Assembly: GCF_018977255.1 (NCBI RefSeq)
Contig: NW_024704742.1
Span: 38,814,001-38,878,000 of the forward strand
Length of the DNA: 64,000 nt
Source: Callorhinchus milii
Lineage: Eukaryota
Reading direction: 5' to 3'
Under the pieces are notes generated by a model. The model was not told where the DNA came from, did not search any database, and worked only from the letters and a program-made list of their open reading frames with translations. The translations under genes were made by a program, and so were the position numbers. Position 1 is the stretch's first letter; each line of letters opens with the position of its first letter. Below are positions 63,226-64,000 of this stretch, in pieces.

Positions 63226-64000
63226 TTATTAAAGGAATGGACACAACTGAGCTCAAAAGTATCAGAATTCAAGTGAAGTATCTGGTGAACATCAACAATG
63301 TCCTTTAGTCCCGTGTTCACTCTTGTTGTGGAGAGATTCTGTTCAATTCTAGTTTGCCAGAACATCGTGGCAGCCAATGCAAAGAATGGCCCATTAATTT
63401 GAGCCTTCCCAACATGTTGTCTTTACTTTTAGCGCCTTGAAAGCCAAATACCAGGACAGTGTGCAGAGCACAGTTCCTCAAATCTTGCACCTTATAAGAT
63501 TAGAATAAAATTTACAATTTCTAGAATGGAATATTAAAAATAGAATTAAAATTTCCTCATTCATATTGGAATTTTAATACTTAATACATTTTCATAAGTC
63601 AAATGCATCCAGAAATAATACCACCATATAAAAAATGTAATATATTTGATATTTTAAACCAGGTTTTAATTCCTTTCCTAAAGGTGCTGACACTTTACCA
63701 GACTACTGTTCTATGCCCGCCAACAACTGATACCTGGGCCAAATATTCAGTCCCTATGTGTGATCCAATGTCTTCCTGTTATGCTCATTACTAAAGAACA
63801 GCAAACTTTTTGCTATGTCTTTGTACATAGGAACCAAATAGATCAGTGTCAATGAACACCTTTTGATTATAGTGGGCTACTCAACTGCAGAAAACATAAC
63901 AATTGATCCTCATTTAGCAGTTACGCATGTGCTTCCCAGGAGTAGCAACAGTAGTAGTGGTGGTGATGGGGGTGATGCTGATCACTAAATAGCAATATCA

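Overview
Non-coding vertebrate genomic DNA (a long intron or intergenic region), not prokaryotic. I find no intact protein-coding gene, rRNA, genuine tRNA gene or CRISPR array. The only ORF-track peptides I recognise are decayed L2 and CR1 LINE ORF2 fragments. The repeats are L2 and CR1 LINE pieces, many Deu-domain SINEs (SacSINE1/AmnSINE1-like), AmnSINE2-like and LF-SINE-like relics, and a younger tRNA-Ala-headed SINE with an L2-type tail. This mix points to a cartilaginous fish, plausibly a holocephalan (inference, not confirmed). Most notable: (1) an unidentified ~450-bp A-tailed repeat family in four copies, one with a 51-bp-arm hairpin; (2) a modular chimeric tRNA/Meta-like/Deu/L2-tail SINE with two subfamilies; (3) a ~400-bp palindrome whose outer arms are CR1-type 3' tails; (4) a phased 3x RORE + E-box cluster; (5) a CpG-rich NRF1/E2F-like motif island; (6) a possible orphan minus-strand exon. 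I cannot support a claim of a wholly new biological system. Family names are from recalled consensus sequences and need Dfam/Repbase confirmation; boundaries of old repeats are approximate.
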